Part shown: positions 28,402 through 41,065 of the stretch, in pieces
Numbering within the stretch: the first letter of the stretch is position 1
Layout: the number at the start of each line of letters is the position of its first letter
Assembly (NCBI RefSeq): GCF_006345805.1
Contig: NC_043001.1
Span: 84,940,001-85,004,000, forward strand
Direction: 5' to 3'
Origin: Octopus sinensis
Lineage: Eukaryota
Length of the DNA: 64,000 bases
Made by a program: the position numbers and the translations under genes
Notes under the pieces: model-generated
Told to the model about the DNA's origin: nothing
Databases searched by the model: none
What the model saw: the letters and a program-made list of their open reading frames with translations, nothing else

Positions 28402-30710
28402 AATTGTCAATGTAATCGTGTTGCTTAGTACATTAGTCTGTTTTAGTTACACTATGGCTACTTTCAAGTACTGCTTTCATTTAGCTATAAAAGAAATGTT
28501 TGTTACTAGCAATAATATATATATATATTAATATAAATATCCATTCACACACATACACACACCCGCATACATCACACCAACACATATTCCCACTTATGCT
28601 TATGATTACTATTGTCCACCGAAATCAGTCATGTTATAATATGTACACCTTTTACACGCAACTATATGCTCACGGTTGTCCAGCGAATTTAGCGATGATC
28701 TCAATATATACAGCCTTTGATAACTATATAGCTCAATCTATGTTCTGTTTCAATTTTGTTTCTTTAGTACATGTACTGCTAATATGATCAACAAAAATAT
28801 AAAAAGGCAGCATCAAAGTTGACTACCCTTCTGTGTACCACATATTTCAGTCTGAAGAGAATTGATCCAGTGGCCAGGGTGACTCAAGAGAACTAGAAGC
28901 GCATCCTGACAAATTTTCTACGTCAAAAAGTGGCTTCAAGATAATCACTACATCTTGTTTTCTCCTACGGTATACTCTCCTTACGTTTATGTTACCCACA
29001 TAATTTGGGACGGTGCAAATAATTCACTGTCACTTCGGGTAAAATATCAAACCGACTCGGGGAGATGATTGACAGCAGTATCTAGTTCCTGTCAAGATGA
29101 GGACACCACGCCGACTAATCTAAACTTTGTAAATAAAATTGTAATGATCTCGTTGATCAAATAAATCATTTTGTGCTCCTAATGTGCACCTCAAATATGT
29201 TGAAAATCCGAACAAACATTTTGGCCGACTGAATCTTTCGTCACTGTTTACAATTATTTTTTTAAAATGCTTAATGTATCATATAAATGTAATTTTTGAC
29301 GCTGAATCATAATTTGGTATTCATTTATTCTAGATAAGTTTTGCAAAAGTGTTACAGGTATTCAAATATTGACAATTTTCAGAATTTTCAGCCAATTAGA
29401 AAACTGCACGTTTACTGCCTCTTCGATCATCAAGGGGGAGAGGGACATCGGTATGTCAAACATTAAACTAGGAATACATAAAATAAATTAAATTTCTCGT
29501 ATCTCCTTTTCTTCCTTGTGCGCACGCGCAGCATCTTTGGTTACTATGGAAACAGTTCTTTGCATCATCTATGCAACGTGTGGTGCTTCTTTGCTTCGGT
29601 TACTATAGAAATAGAAATTTTCTTCCCGGTGATATGTAAAATACGCACTGCTGATTGAGTAAAATACCAAAATTTTTCAAATTTCTGCGTTCAAATTCCG
29701 CCGAGGATCGATAAATAAAGTACCAGTTTCACACTGGGTTGATGTAATCGACTTAATCCCTTTGTCTGTCCTTGATTTTCCCCTCTATGTTTAGCCCCTT
29801 GTGGGTAGTAAAGAAATATATATATATATATATAATATACGACGGGCTTTCAGTGTCCGTCTACCAAATCCACCCACAAGGCTTTGGTGGGTCCGAGGCT
29901 ATAGTAGAAGACACTTGCCCAAGGTGCCACGCAGTGGGACTGAACCCGGAACCATGTGGTTGCTAAAGAAGCTACTTATCACACAGTCACTTCTTCGCCT
30001 ATGTTAATATATATTTATATATGTTGAAAGAGTGAATCTCGAAGCAGTGAAGCTATAAATAATGGTAGGTAGATACTGGGTTAGAAATCCTTGGATTCGA
30101 AAAGTGCGAGTGAGAATCAAATGTACATCTGTAAACATTTCAGGACTTTGACCATTGGATTGCAGAAATCCTTTCATTCTCCATTGTAGAAACGTAGTTC
30201 TTACCCACGAGAATTATATATTATTGACAAGAGAAGAATTTTAAAATTTCAAGAACGTGCATTCTTTTGTGAACAGTGAATCTCGAAACTTTCTGCTCCG
30301 ACATGTAGTGTTTCAATAATAATAATGATAATAATAATAATAACAATAATAATAGAGAATGATCCCTGGCTTAACATCCCTGCAAGAAGTGCAAAAGATT
30401 GTCTTAACTGGTACATCACACGTATTGAGAAGAGCATTGTCGATGTGAGAACTGTTGCTGCTCATGTATTTTAATTTAACTTAAAAAAAAAAAAAATTAA
30501 CGAACTATTGAGTTTGGTTTAATGGCCTACCAATGTATACTATGAGTTTCTTTGCCCTAGGAGTCGGGAAGACACTCGGCAAGAAATGGAAGCAAATTTG
30601 AAAGAAGAAAAAAAAAGTAATAATAATAATAATAATAATAATAAAGTATTATTTCACATCCGCGAGATTTCTAAATTGTTTTTGACGTCAACAATGTGTG
30701 GGTGTTTGGC

Positions 30711-30744
<34 letters not shown>

Positions 30745-31831
30745 AGTGTGTGTGAGTATGTGTGTATGCGTGTGCGTGTGTGGTTCTAATATGATGTAAA
30801 TGTAATCAAGTCATAAGATATAAACAAACAAAATAAGCCGAGGCCCTCAGCAATCAACATTGTCAAGATACTCCGTGCCAAATCAACCGTTCTTTTAATC
30901 AACCAGTACAAATGGCAATCACTTCCATTATCTCTTTAGCTTTTGTCTATTTTCTGAGGCAGCGAGAATGTATAGTTCATTGAAGCATTGAAAGACAAAA
31001 GCATGTTGGTTCGTTCTAATTTACAATAAAATTACTCGGTGTCTTTTTCACTTGTTTTCCATTTATCTCTGATTAATCACCTGTGATTGGGTAATAGATG
31101 GTATGGTAAGCTATTGGTGTCAATAAGCAGAATTTGCTACGATAATAATAGCAAGTCTACACAATACAGCTGATCACAATGGCTTCTGTTTAGATGATTT
31201 TCACGTATTTATTTATTTATTTTCTGCTGTTATTCATTTGTCTGGGTGTTGTCATTATTATGGTGGTGGTGTTGAATGATGTGCTGTCATTTGGTTTGTT
31301 GTCAATGTGTTTTATTTGGTGGCACTGTGGCTATTATTTTTTTTTCTATTTTGTGGAGCTGGTTGTTATAAAGGACTATATGTGTTGCACTTGTTGCGTT
31401 TGATTCATTCGTTGTTGCGCATGTTGCAATGGTTGCTATTATTTATTATTTAACAATGGTCAAATTTTGATTGAGCGAATGTGTGATTTAAGGCATTCTG
31501 GTTGTAAATATCCTATGTTTTTACATGTCTGGAGGAGATAGTCTTTTGCGTCCTTGTTTTCACCAGGGAATATGGCGTGATTTTATGTCTTTGTGTGTCT
31601 GTGTGTGAGCGGACGGGGGCAATTTTTATGTGCTATATTTAAAGAATGAGAGGATACCAAGAGATCTACTCATTCGTCATTTTGATGAGTTGTTGCTGTG
31701 AATGTTAAATTACAATGAAACTAGAAGTAATTAAAATTTATCGATAATTTTTCTGGCGATGCAGTTGAACGGGAAATATCGAAGGTTGATATCACCTACA
31801 TAGTGATGACGGTGTTGGTTGTAGGTATGTA

Positions 31832-33096
31832 CACAGACATGCAAGAAGTAAGGAGACACCTTTGATTTTCAATATCTTTTATTTAATACGCAAAGCGAAC
31901 AATTGAAATGTAATCGATAGGTAGGACTACATACTTTAGTATTTATTTGACATTCCCTTTGCAGTTTTTAATTCAGAAACTATTTTTGGCATTGAACGGA
32001 TGAGCTTTGTGATTGTCTCTTGTGGAATTTCTACCCACTTTTCACGAAACAATCGAAACAATTCATGTTTAGATCTAGGTTTCTGTCGAGGTTTTCGTAA
32101 AGCTCTATCTAGTATGCTCCAAATATTTTCAATTGGGCTCATGTCAGGAGATTGGCTCGGCCAAGGAAGCTTTTTGATCCCATTTTCAGTCAGCCATTGT
32201 TGATTCCTTTTCGCTGTGTGGCATGGCGTCCATCATCCATGAATAGAAAATAATTTTCGTTATGTTATCGTGTGAAAACATAGGAAGTAGCCCTTGCTTA
32301 TGTATTTCGATGTATATTTTTGAAGTTTATGCTTCCAACACATTCGATCAGCTCAGAATGTCCACTGCTGGTGACAGCTCCTCATACCATTACAGAGATA
32401 CCACCGTGGGTCACAGTTGGTTGGAGTCGTTTCAAATCAAATTCCTGATTGGGAAGCCTCCAGACCCAAACATGTCCAATGTAAATCTGGATTCATTTGA
32501 GAAAATTACTCTATCCCAAAATGAACTGGAATTTTTCTGACATTTCCTTAGCCCATTTTTTTCTTTTCATGATATTAATTGGTTGAAGGAGAGGTTTTCT
32601 TCTAGCTACTCGTCCATAATACCCAAGCTTATGCAGATATGTAACACACGTTCTTGGATTATCTTCTAGCTGTTTTGCAATGTCAGAAGCCTTCGAACGG
32701 GGTTCGTTTTCCACAATTCTGTTCAAACAGCAAAGCTTCCATTCCAAGACCTAGGACGGCCGGGACGAGAATCTGTTGATTCTTTTCCTTGGCTTTTGAA
32801 TTGCACTATAATTCTATTAACAACAGCAAGTGGAATTTGAAGAATTTCGGCAATTTTTCGCTGGCTAAAACCAGCCTCAGATTGCCCAACAATACGACCT
32901 CTTTCAAAATCTGACAGTTGTGCTGAATTTTTAAGTTCGTTACATGGTTACTTTTCGCAAATGTTTAATATAATGGCGCCTGGAATGAAAAAAGAATAAT
33001 TACATTGTAAATTCTACACCACTGAAAACATATTAAGACGCTTAGATCAGAAATTTTGAAAATTAAATATGTCTATTTACTTCCTGCATGTCTGTG
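31832..33096 (-). mobile_element. Full-length decayed Tc1-family transposon (1265 bp)
   Basis: 26-bp TIRs CACAGACATGCAAGAAGTAAGGAGAC / CACAGACATGCAGGAAGTAAATAGAC (23/26) with TA on both sides. Broken transposase 32945->31936: [18 protein letters not shown] (HTH), [23 protein letters not shown] (first catalytic D mutated to N), MDDG, WPSQSPDMSPIENIW. Confidence 0.92.
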
Positions 33097-34534
33097 TACA
33101 TGATAGTGGTCGTTTTAGTGTACATAAGTGAAATTTTGATCCTCAGACCCGTGTGAAATCTGATAGAAAGTACTTATAATTAAAGATGTTTCAAAGTCCA
33201 GGTCGGATATAGTACCCTGTTACCATCGATACCTAACTACGGAATACTAATTTAAATTTATATTATCTAGTTGATTTGAAATCCATTATGTGCTACACTA
33301 TTTTCTTCTACATTCTTGATAAAAGTTCTCTTTGCAATGACACAATCCTCATCTCACCATATTATATTTATTATATTTTTTTAAAATTCCAATTTGTTTC
33401 TTTTTTGATGATGCGGTCCAACACAAGTTCTCTAAAATTTACATCTGAGCCTGGTGAAATTTTAATCTCAAATTTTGGCACAAGTCCAGCAATTATGAGA
33501 GAGGGGCTAAATCATTTACATCGACCCCAGTGTTCAACTAGTACTCATTTTATCGACCCCTAAAGAATGAAAGGCAAAGTCTATCCTGCATTTGAACACG
33601 GACTGTACGGATGAATAAAATGCCGCTAAGTATTTTCCCCGGCGTGCTAACAATTTTGTCTGCCCGCCACCTGATCCTGGTGAAGTATTGAACGTAAAAC
33701 AGATATGGAGAAATATATATTTTTCATGTGAAATCATTCTAACTTTATCGCCTGTTCTGTTATAATGCCGCTATACTCGCATAAATAAGATTAATCACAG
33801 TCTGCCTCTTGTATTTTATTTAATATATACATTATAAACCTTATGGTAGATAACAAAGTAGACCTCTTATATTAAGGAATAAATTTATTTACACGTAGTT
33901 TGTAATCAGAACTTAATTAACGAACCATGAGAAAACTGAGTCAATGTAACTCATCGCCTCATGCATTTAGACCAGGTGGCTACTGAAACCCTCACCTAGT
34001 TTTGTACTGCAAGGTAAGCGACTGGATTATATAAAACTTTCGTCGTTAAATAAGTTATTGTGGTTGCGATTACATCTTTACTATATAGAATGTGTGGAAA
34101 GTAGTTCAGTAAGCTAGCCAGCTAGCCGTTGATGGATACCAGTAAACGATGAGTTAATTGCCGGATGTAGACAATAATAGAAGCGTGCAGTCGTTAGATC
34201 TATGTTTTTCATATACTACCGATTGTATTATTATAGCTTGACTAGACCATATTGATCATAGGTCTGCTTGATCATAGGAGACCTGAGGCGAAACAACGAC
34301 TACTACAAGTGTATAACTTTGAAAACAGTAATTATACTACAACTAATAAACAGACACAACATTTTATCTGACTGTTTCAGAAGTCTTTCAAACGCTTATC
34401 ATATGTATGAATGTAGGAGTGAATTGTAAAGTTAAATACAAAACGCATATATACATTCATACACGCACATGATCACATACACGTAAATACATACATGTAT
34501 GGGCTTGGTGATATATACGCGTAATTACACATGC

Positions 34535-34708
<174 letters not shown>

Positions 34709-35041
34709 ATATATATATATATATATATAATACAAAATGGGACAAGAACGCAAAACATCCAAATAGACGATACAAAAAACACGGACGAGTCATTCGAAGC
34801 CTTTAATCTTCAGTCAAGAACCGGATCATCCTCGCAATTTCGGTTAATTAATCCTGAGATTGCTCCAATCTGGCCACCCTCAAGGGGAAAACTGAGCTAA
34901 GTGTATTAGATTCCTCGGAAAAAGGATCGAATGTGTACGAAACAAGGGCAAAAAACGGACGATGTTACACGAATATAAATACAAAAAAATATATATATAA
35001 TACGAATATAAATGCAAAACAACAACAACAACAACAACAAC

Positions 35042-35105
<64 letters not shown>

Positions 35106-35573
35106 TAATAATAAATAAATATATATATATATATATAACAGTATCGAAAAGATATCTTTCATTGTAGCTTTCGAGTGATACCACCATTGCTGGCTTCGTG
35201 GGCAGCCCTATTCCACCCACATCCCACCGCCACGTCCATGAACGGATCACTAGTCTGTCGTACGGTTACTCAGTTACAGCTGAGTGGACTGGAGCAATGT
35301 GAAATCACGTGTTTTGCTCAAGAGCATAACGTACCGCCTGTCTGGGGATCGAATCCATTTTCGTGAGAGCAACATCCTAACCATTGGACCACGAGCCTTC
35401 CCACACGCACACACACACACACACACTCATACATACACACATATTTTCATACATAAACACATAATAAACATATACATACACATATATGTGTGTGTGTGCG
35501 CGTGTAGATAGCTAGCTAGATTGGCAGACAGACAGACACATACAGAAATAAATAGATAGATATGTATGTATGC

Positions 35574-35627
<54 letters not shown>

Positions 35628-35780
35628 GTAATGCAATACGAGAGTATTGCTTTCCAGTAAAGAATAGCCCGTATTACTATTTTTATTGAAACTTCACTGT
35701 TCTCGTTCTGTCAGCGTTTTGGCGTTTCAGTCGAGTGTATTGGCATTGATGTGGCAACATCTGAAATGTTGCCGGTTATT

Positions 35781-35852
35781 TGTTGGCTGATGAAGATAAA
35801 TCAAGTATATGTGTGCAGACATATTCTTGAAAAATCTGAAACCGGTCCCACA
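35781..35852 (+). ncRNA. Type I hammerhead ribozyme with palindromic stem III (dimer type)
   Basis: Stem I UGUUGG/CCACA (one bulge); CUGAUGA 35787-93; stem II AGAU/AUCU extended by UCAAG/CUUGA and AUAUGU/ACAUAU; GAA 35838-40; ACCGGU palindrome; C17 at 35847 (GUC). Confidence 0.8.
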
Positions 35853-36077
35853 TTATCCCTTTCAGATGTTCTCCGTGGAGGTAAGACAATTTTTTTCAAG
35901 TTTGTTGCACACACGCATTTTTGCTAGTACATACGCGGTGAAGTTATACATTAGCGTCGTATTTATTACGTTCGCTATTTTCCAGTAAATATCGGTACTT
36001 CGTTGTGCCATATATTTACTTCTATGTATATATATATATATAATTATTATTTGAGGGAATAAAATCTAAACTTACAA

Positions 36078-36170
36078 GAAACCTGATGAGCGACTATATT
36101 TATATGCAAATGATTTCTCTACTACTATAATCATTTGTTAAATATAGCAGCGAAACACGTAGCGTTTTTC
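36078..36170 (+). ncRNA. Hammerhead-like motif with long stem II, partly degenerate
   Basis: CUGAUGA 36083-89; stem II GC..GC closing CUAUAUUUA/UAAAUAUAG and CAAAUGAUU/AAUCAUUUG; GAAAC 36152-56; minimal stem III AC-AC-GU, A17 at 36161; stem I pairing poor. Confidence 0.6.
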
Positions 36171-36326
36171 TTCCTATTTTATATATTACATTATTCTTGT
36201 AATTTACTTAATCTTTACTTTTTAATTGTTATTTTAATTTTAACTTTTCTATTATATGTAATTTTCTAGATGGTGTAATTTAATTATTCATTTTGAATTG
36301 ATAAAAGGTGTTTCTTTTCTAATATT

Positions 36327-36397
<71 letters not shown>

Positions 36398-37119
36398 GTA
36401 ATAAATAAAATATATGCATACATACATACATATATGTACGTACCTACATCTACATGTATATATACATGCATATATAATATATATACGTGAGTACAGGACA
36501 CCACAAATAGACGCAGAACTCAACGAGAACGAAAACGTAAAAACAAGCATGGAACGAACCTTTTTTTTTACAAAGAAAAAACTGAGTACTAGACAAACTA
36601 CACAAGGAAAATCCCCTTCATCAGCTGTCCATAGTTCAACTCCAGCGTGTTTCGAAGGTGAGGACAGAACACGACTCGTCGAACTAGCCCTTCATGCGAA
36701 GAAATTAAAGGAAATTACTTCGCAGAAGGGTAAAAACAAGGAAAGAACAAAATGTGACACAAACAGGACATAAAAACGATGCAAATAAAATTACATAATA
36801 AAATACAAAATAAAATACAAAATAAAAATACAGTTACAAAAAAATACAATATAAGAAATAAAAACACACAAGAAAACAACCAAAGAGGGCCTTTTTTGCC
36901 TAGACGAGGAGAGATTCAAGGAGTGCAAGAAAACCGTGTGTTTACAGTTAGAAGGCCGCATGCAAAAGGAAGTATTTGGCCGGCTGTGGGAGAGATGAAG
37001 AGGAGTGAGAGAGAGAAAGGGATGCATATATTTTATTTATTGCACTATTGTATGACTGAGCGCCTTCGCATCGATTCGATTCGATTCGTTCCGCTTCGTT
37101 TCTTCTTCTTCTCCCAGTA

Positions 37120-37160
<41 letters not shown>

Positions 37161-37683
37161 CATATATGTGCGTGTGTGTGTGTATGTATAGATATATCTA
37201 CGTAAATTTCTTAACAAACATAAGAATAAACAAAATAACTGCATACGAACATCGACCAACATAGACAATGCTGACGCTAAAATTTTTTTTTAACGGTTCC
37301 ATAAAGGAACATACTGATCCCTGTATGTAACTGGCCTCTACTCCAGCAGCATAACGGCTTCTACTCCAGCAGCATAAGTGCGAAATTGGAGTTGGGAACA
37401 TTTGATCACAAGACTTTTCAGTTGTACCCACCGACCATATTTCAGAGAACCACTTAACCACATTAAACGTATAAACATACATGCACATTTGAACACATGC
37501 ATATACGTACATACATACATACATACATACATACATACATACATACATACATACATACACAGGTGTATTTACTGGGTATGTAGGTTCTAGTCCTACGCGT
37601 AGCCTTCGATATTTTCTAACCGAAAAGTTTTTTTAACCTAATGTTTGCATGCTTTATTTATAGCTTTGTCTGTTTGAAGATGC

Positions 37684-37729
<46 letters not shown>

Positions 37730-38043
37730 ATATAATTTAAAAGAATACAATATGGGACAAAAAAAAACATCCAGATAGACGATACAAAGAAAACAAGGAC
37801 GGGTCAATCTAAGTTTTCTCACCTCAGTCAAGTACCAAATTATCTTGGCAATTTCGGCTGATTATACTTGAGATTGCTCCAATCTGGCCAGCCCTAAGGA
37901 AAAACTAAGCTAAGACCATTAGATTCCTTGGAAAAAAGCAGCGAATGTGTACAAAAGCAAGGACGGATAAAAACAAACAAAATTACATATATTTATATAT
38001 ATATATAGAGAGAGAGAGAGGCTATATAGATATGTATAGATAA

Positions 38044-38103
<60 letters not shown>

Positions 38104-38367
38104 GTACATACATACACCCATGCATACATACACACATACATTCATACGTACTTACGTACGTACATACATATATTTATTTGTGCACGGAGTCGTTCTTGCT
38201 GTAAACATTTTTCAAAAGAAGTTCAGAAAATTTACTGCCGAACCAATCCTCTTACAATTAGTATTGTGTCAGTGTCTTAGAATTCATGAAGTCAGTGGAG
38301 ACATTCGAATTTCAAAGTATTTAAAACAGACAACAGGAACCGTTGATTACTTTAAATGACAACCAAC

Positions 38368-38470
38368 CCAATAGTTTATTCCACGCCATTATTGGTTCAT
38401 TATATTCTCTGACTCACTGACTCGTTTTCCAACTATAAAATGGGATTCTTCAGCTTTATTCGTTTCACAA
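38368..38470 (+). promoter_or_regulatory. Candidate S-crystallin proximal promoter: CCAAT boxes, AP-1 site, TATA box
   Basis: CCAAT 38368-38372, reverse CCAAT (ATTGG) 38391-38395, perfect AP-1 TGACTCA 38410-38416, near-AP-1 TGACTCG 38418-38424, TATAAAA 38434-38440, about 200 nt upstream of the ATG. Confidence 0.6.
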
Positions 38471-38638
38471 CATGTGGATTTAGATCTAACTAAAGATTAA
38501 TTTTACGGATTTGAATTTCTTGTAAATTCTGTTTTTCATTTTTTTCTTGGACCCCTCTCATTTTATTTATAGTTTTACCATTCCACAGAATTAATATTTT
38601 CCTTGCTTCTATTGCTCTGATCCTCAAGTTTTAATACA

Positions 38639-38777
38639 ATGGCAACCTCGTCTTATTCACTTCACTACTTTAATTATCGTGGTCGTGCCGAGATCTGCCG
38701 AATGCTGTTTGCGGCAGCGAATGTCCAGTACCAGGATATAAGAATTGACCGATCAGAATGGAGTCGTATTCGAAACC
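38639..38777 (+). CDS. S-crystallin coding exon 1 (M1-N46 + 1 nt)
   Basis: ATG at 38639 in ACAATGG context; ends C|GTAAGT (consensus donor at 38778); contains the GST N-terminal Tyr (Y10) and GRAE motif. Confidence 0.95.
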
Positions 38778-40787
38778 GTAAGTACGAAACCAAATATTTA
38801 ACCCATTTGCCACAATATTTCGGTTGAAAAGTACTGTTTTGAAGTTAATTTCGAAAATAATGCATAATTTATTAAAATAACATAATTATTAAATTAATAT
38901 AATTAATTATTAAATTAATATAAATGTCTATGAGATATAGCATATTAAGTCATCAGATTTTACCTTTCTGTCAAAAAAAATACGGACACACATGCATTCA
39001 CACACATGCATGCACACATGCATACATACAAACATACATACAGTGGCATTTTAAATTAGCTATTGTTTAACTTTTACATTATAAGGTCTTTCAATATTCT
39101 GTTGCTCTATTTTCATCTCCATTTCATTTTTTTCTTCTTTCTTTTTGCTACGGTGCTGGCTTCTGCATCATACTCTATGGCAACATAATATCTAAAAGAT
39201 TTTCTTTCGTAGGTGACAGTAATGTGATTGATGCCTTCAGTCTTGATCTGGTACTACCAAACATTTTTTTTCTGTTAATGTTTTCTGCCTTTTAACGCGG
39301 CGAGCTGGCAGAAACGTTAGCACGCCGGGCGAAATGCGTAGCCGTATTTCATCTGCCGTTACATTCTGAGTTCAAATTCCGCCGAGGTCAACTTTGCCTT
39401 TCATCCTTTCGGGGTCGATTAAATAAGTACCAGTTACGCACTGGGGTCGATGTAATCGACTTAATCTGTTTGTCTGTCCTTGTTTGTCCTCTCTGTGTTT
39501 GGCCCCTTGTGGGTAGTAAAGAAATAGAAATAGGTATTTCGTCTGCCTCTACGTTCTGAGTTCAAATTCCGCCGAGGTCGACTTTGCCTTTCATCCTTTC
39601 GGGGTCGATTAAATAAGTACCAGTTACGCACTGAGGTCGATATAATCGACTTAATCCGTTTGTCTGTCGTTGTTTGTCCTCTCTGTGTTTAGCCCCTTGT
39701 GGGTAGTAAAGAAATGGGTATTTCGTCTGTCTTTACGTTCTTAGTTCAAATTCCGACGAGGTCGACTTGCCTTTTATCCTTTCGGGGTCGATAAATTGAG
39801 TACTAGTTGCGTACTGGGGTCGCTTCAATCGATCGGCACTCTCCCCCCCCACATTTAGGGGCCTTGTGCTTGGAGTAGAAAGGAAAGAATATTTTTTGGC
39901 TTTTATGCTGTATGTACTTGGAACGGATCTCTTGTACTTGAACTGCTTGGAGGTACTCTTCGAAGTGGGATGCCATAATATTGTCAGTGTTCCATTATAT
40001 TATATACTTACTTATGCATGGGCGCAGGCGTGGGTGTGTAGTAAGAAGGTTATTTCCCAACCATACAGTTCTCGACTCAGGGCTGTTGCGTAGCACCTTG
40101 GGTGTCTTCTACTATAGTCCTGAGCCTACCAAGGCCTTGCGAGTAAGAGTCGGTTGACAGAAACGGAAAGAAGCTCGTCGTATATATATATATATATATA
40201 TAATTATATACATACATACAAATGTACGTGTACTTATATATGCGCGTGTACATATATATTTTGTATATACATATGTGTATATATGTTTATGTGTGTGGGT
40301 TTCCAAACAAATATCCTAATACAATATACCAATTACATAGTTGTGAACTACACGTAAGATTATAAGTACCTACAGACTTTAATGAATTCATTGTTTCATG
40401 AAACTGCAATTAATCACATATAATATGACAACTGAGGACATAAAAGTTGACATCAGAGAAATATTAGCTCGCTAAGTGAGCAATGAATACATTTATTGAA
40501 AACTAACGGGAAATAGCCTTGCTAAGGCGTTAGTCAATTATTTTATTAGATAACTGTCTCCAAACATTAAACAGCGGGTATGATGGGATAGGTTAAATCA
40601 TATTAACCCAAACAAGTAAAAGAATAGAAGAAATGAAGAAATGAAGTTGAAAATGCCCAGAGAATATTCTAGAATTAATTATAATTTAATTATATTTTAA
40701 AACATGCGTTTATACTTTACAAGTTTCACATGAGATTTTCAAGTCTAGTGTGTGTGTATGTGTTTGTGTACATATATACCCGCCCCC

Positions 40788-40822
<35 letters not shown>

Positions 40823-41022
40823 TATAGAAGGAGCTTCTACAGGACTAGAACCTGCCTAAATGTATAAATGCCAATACAATTCTTGTTAACTAGCTTCCTG
40901 AAGATTTCTCTTGAATGAAACAGTTCTAGTCCTGTAGAAGCTCCTATATAATAAATTAATTTTACTCTACTATGTATTGAGTACCTTATTTACTGTGGTT
41001 AACCCCGAATCAACCCGGGACC

Positions 41023-41065
<43 letters not shown>

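Noticed and set aside
34785-34820. Minus-strand CTGAAGA..TTCGAATGAC in a repeat also present at about 37740-37980
   Set aside because: Position 15.1 is U and stem I does not pair. The repeat is real but I could not classify it.
36600-36700. Minus-strand CTGATGAAGGGG and CCTTCGAAACACG
   Set aside because: The core halves are in an order and state that give no complete three-way junction; likely decayed tail repeats.
39297-39885. CRISPR-like or satellite array
   Set aside because: Units are 190-230-bp SINE bodies with no unique spacers, in a eukaryotic context with no cas genes.
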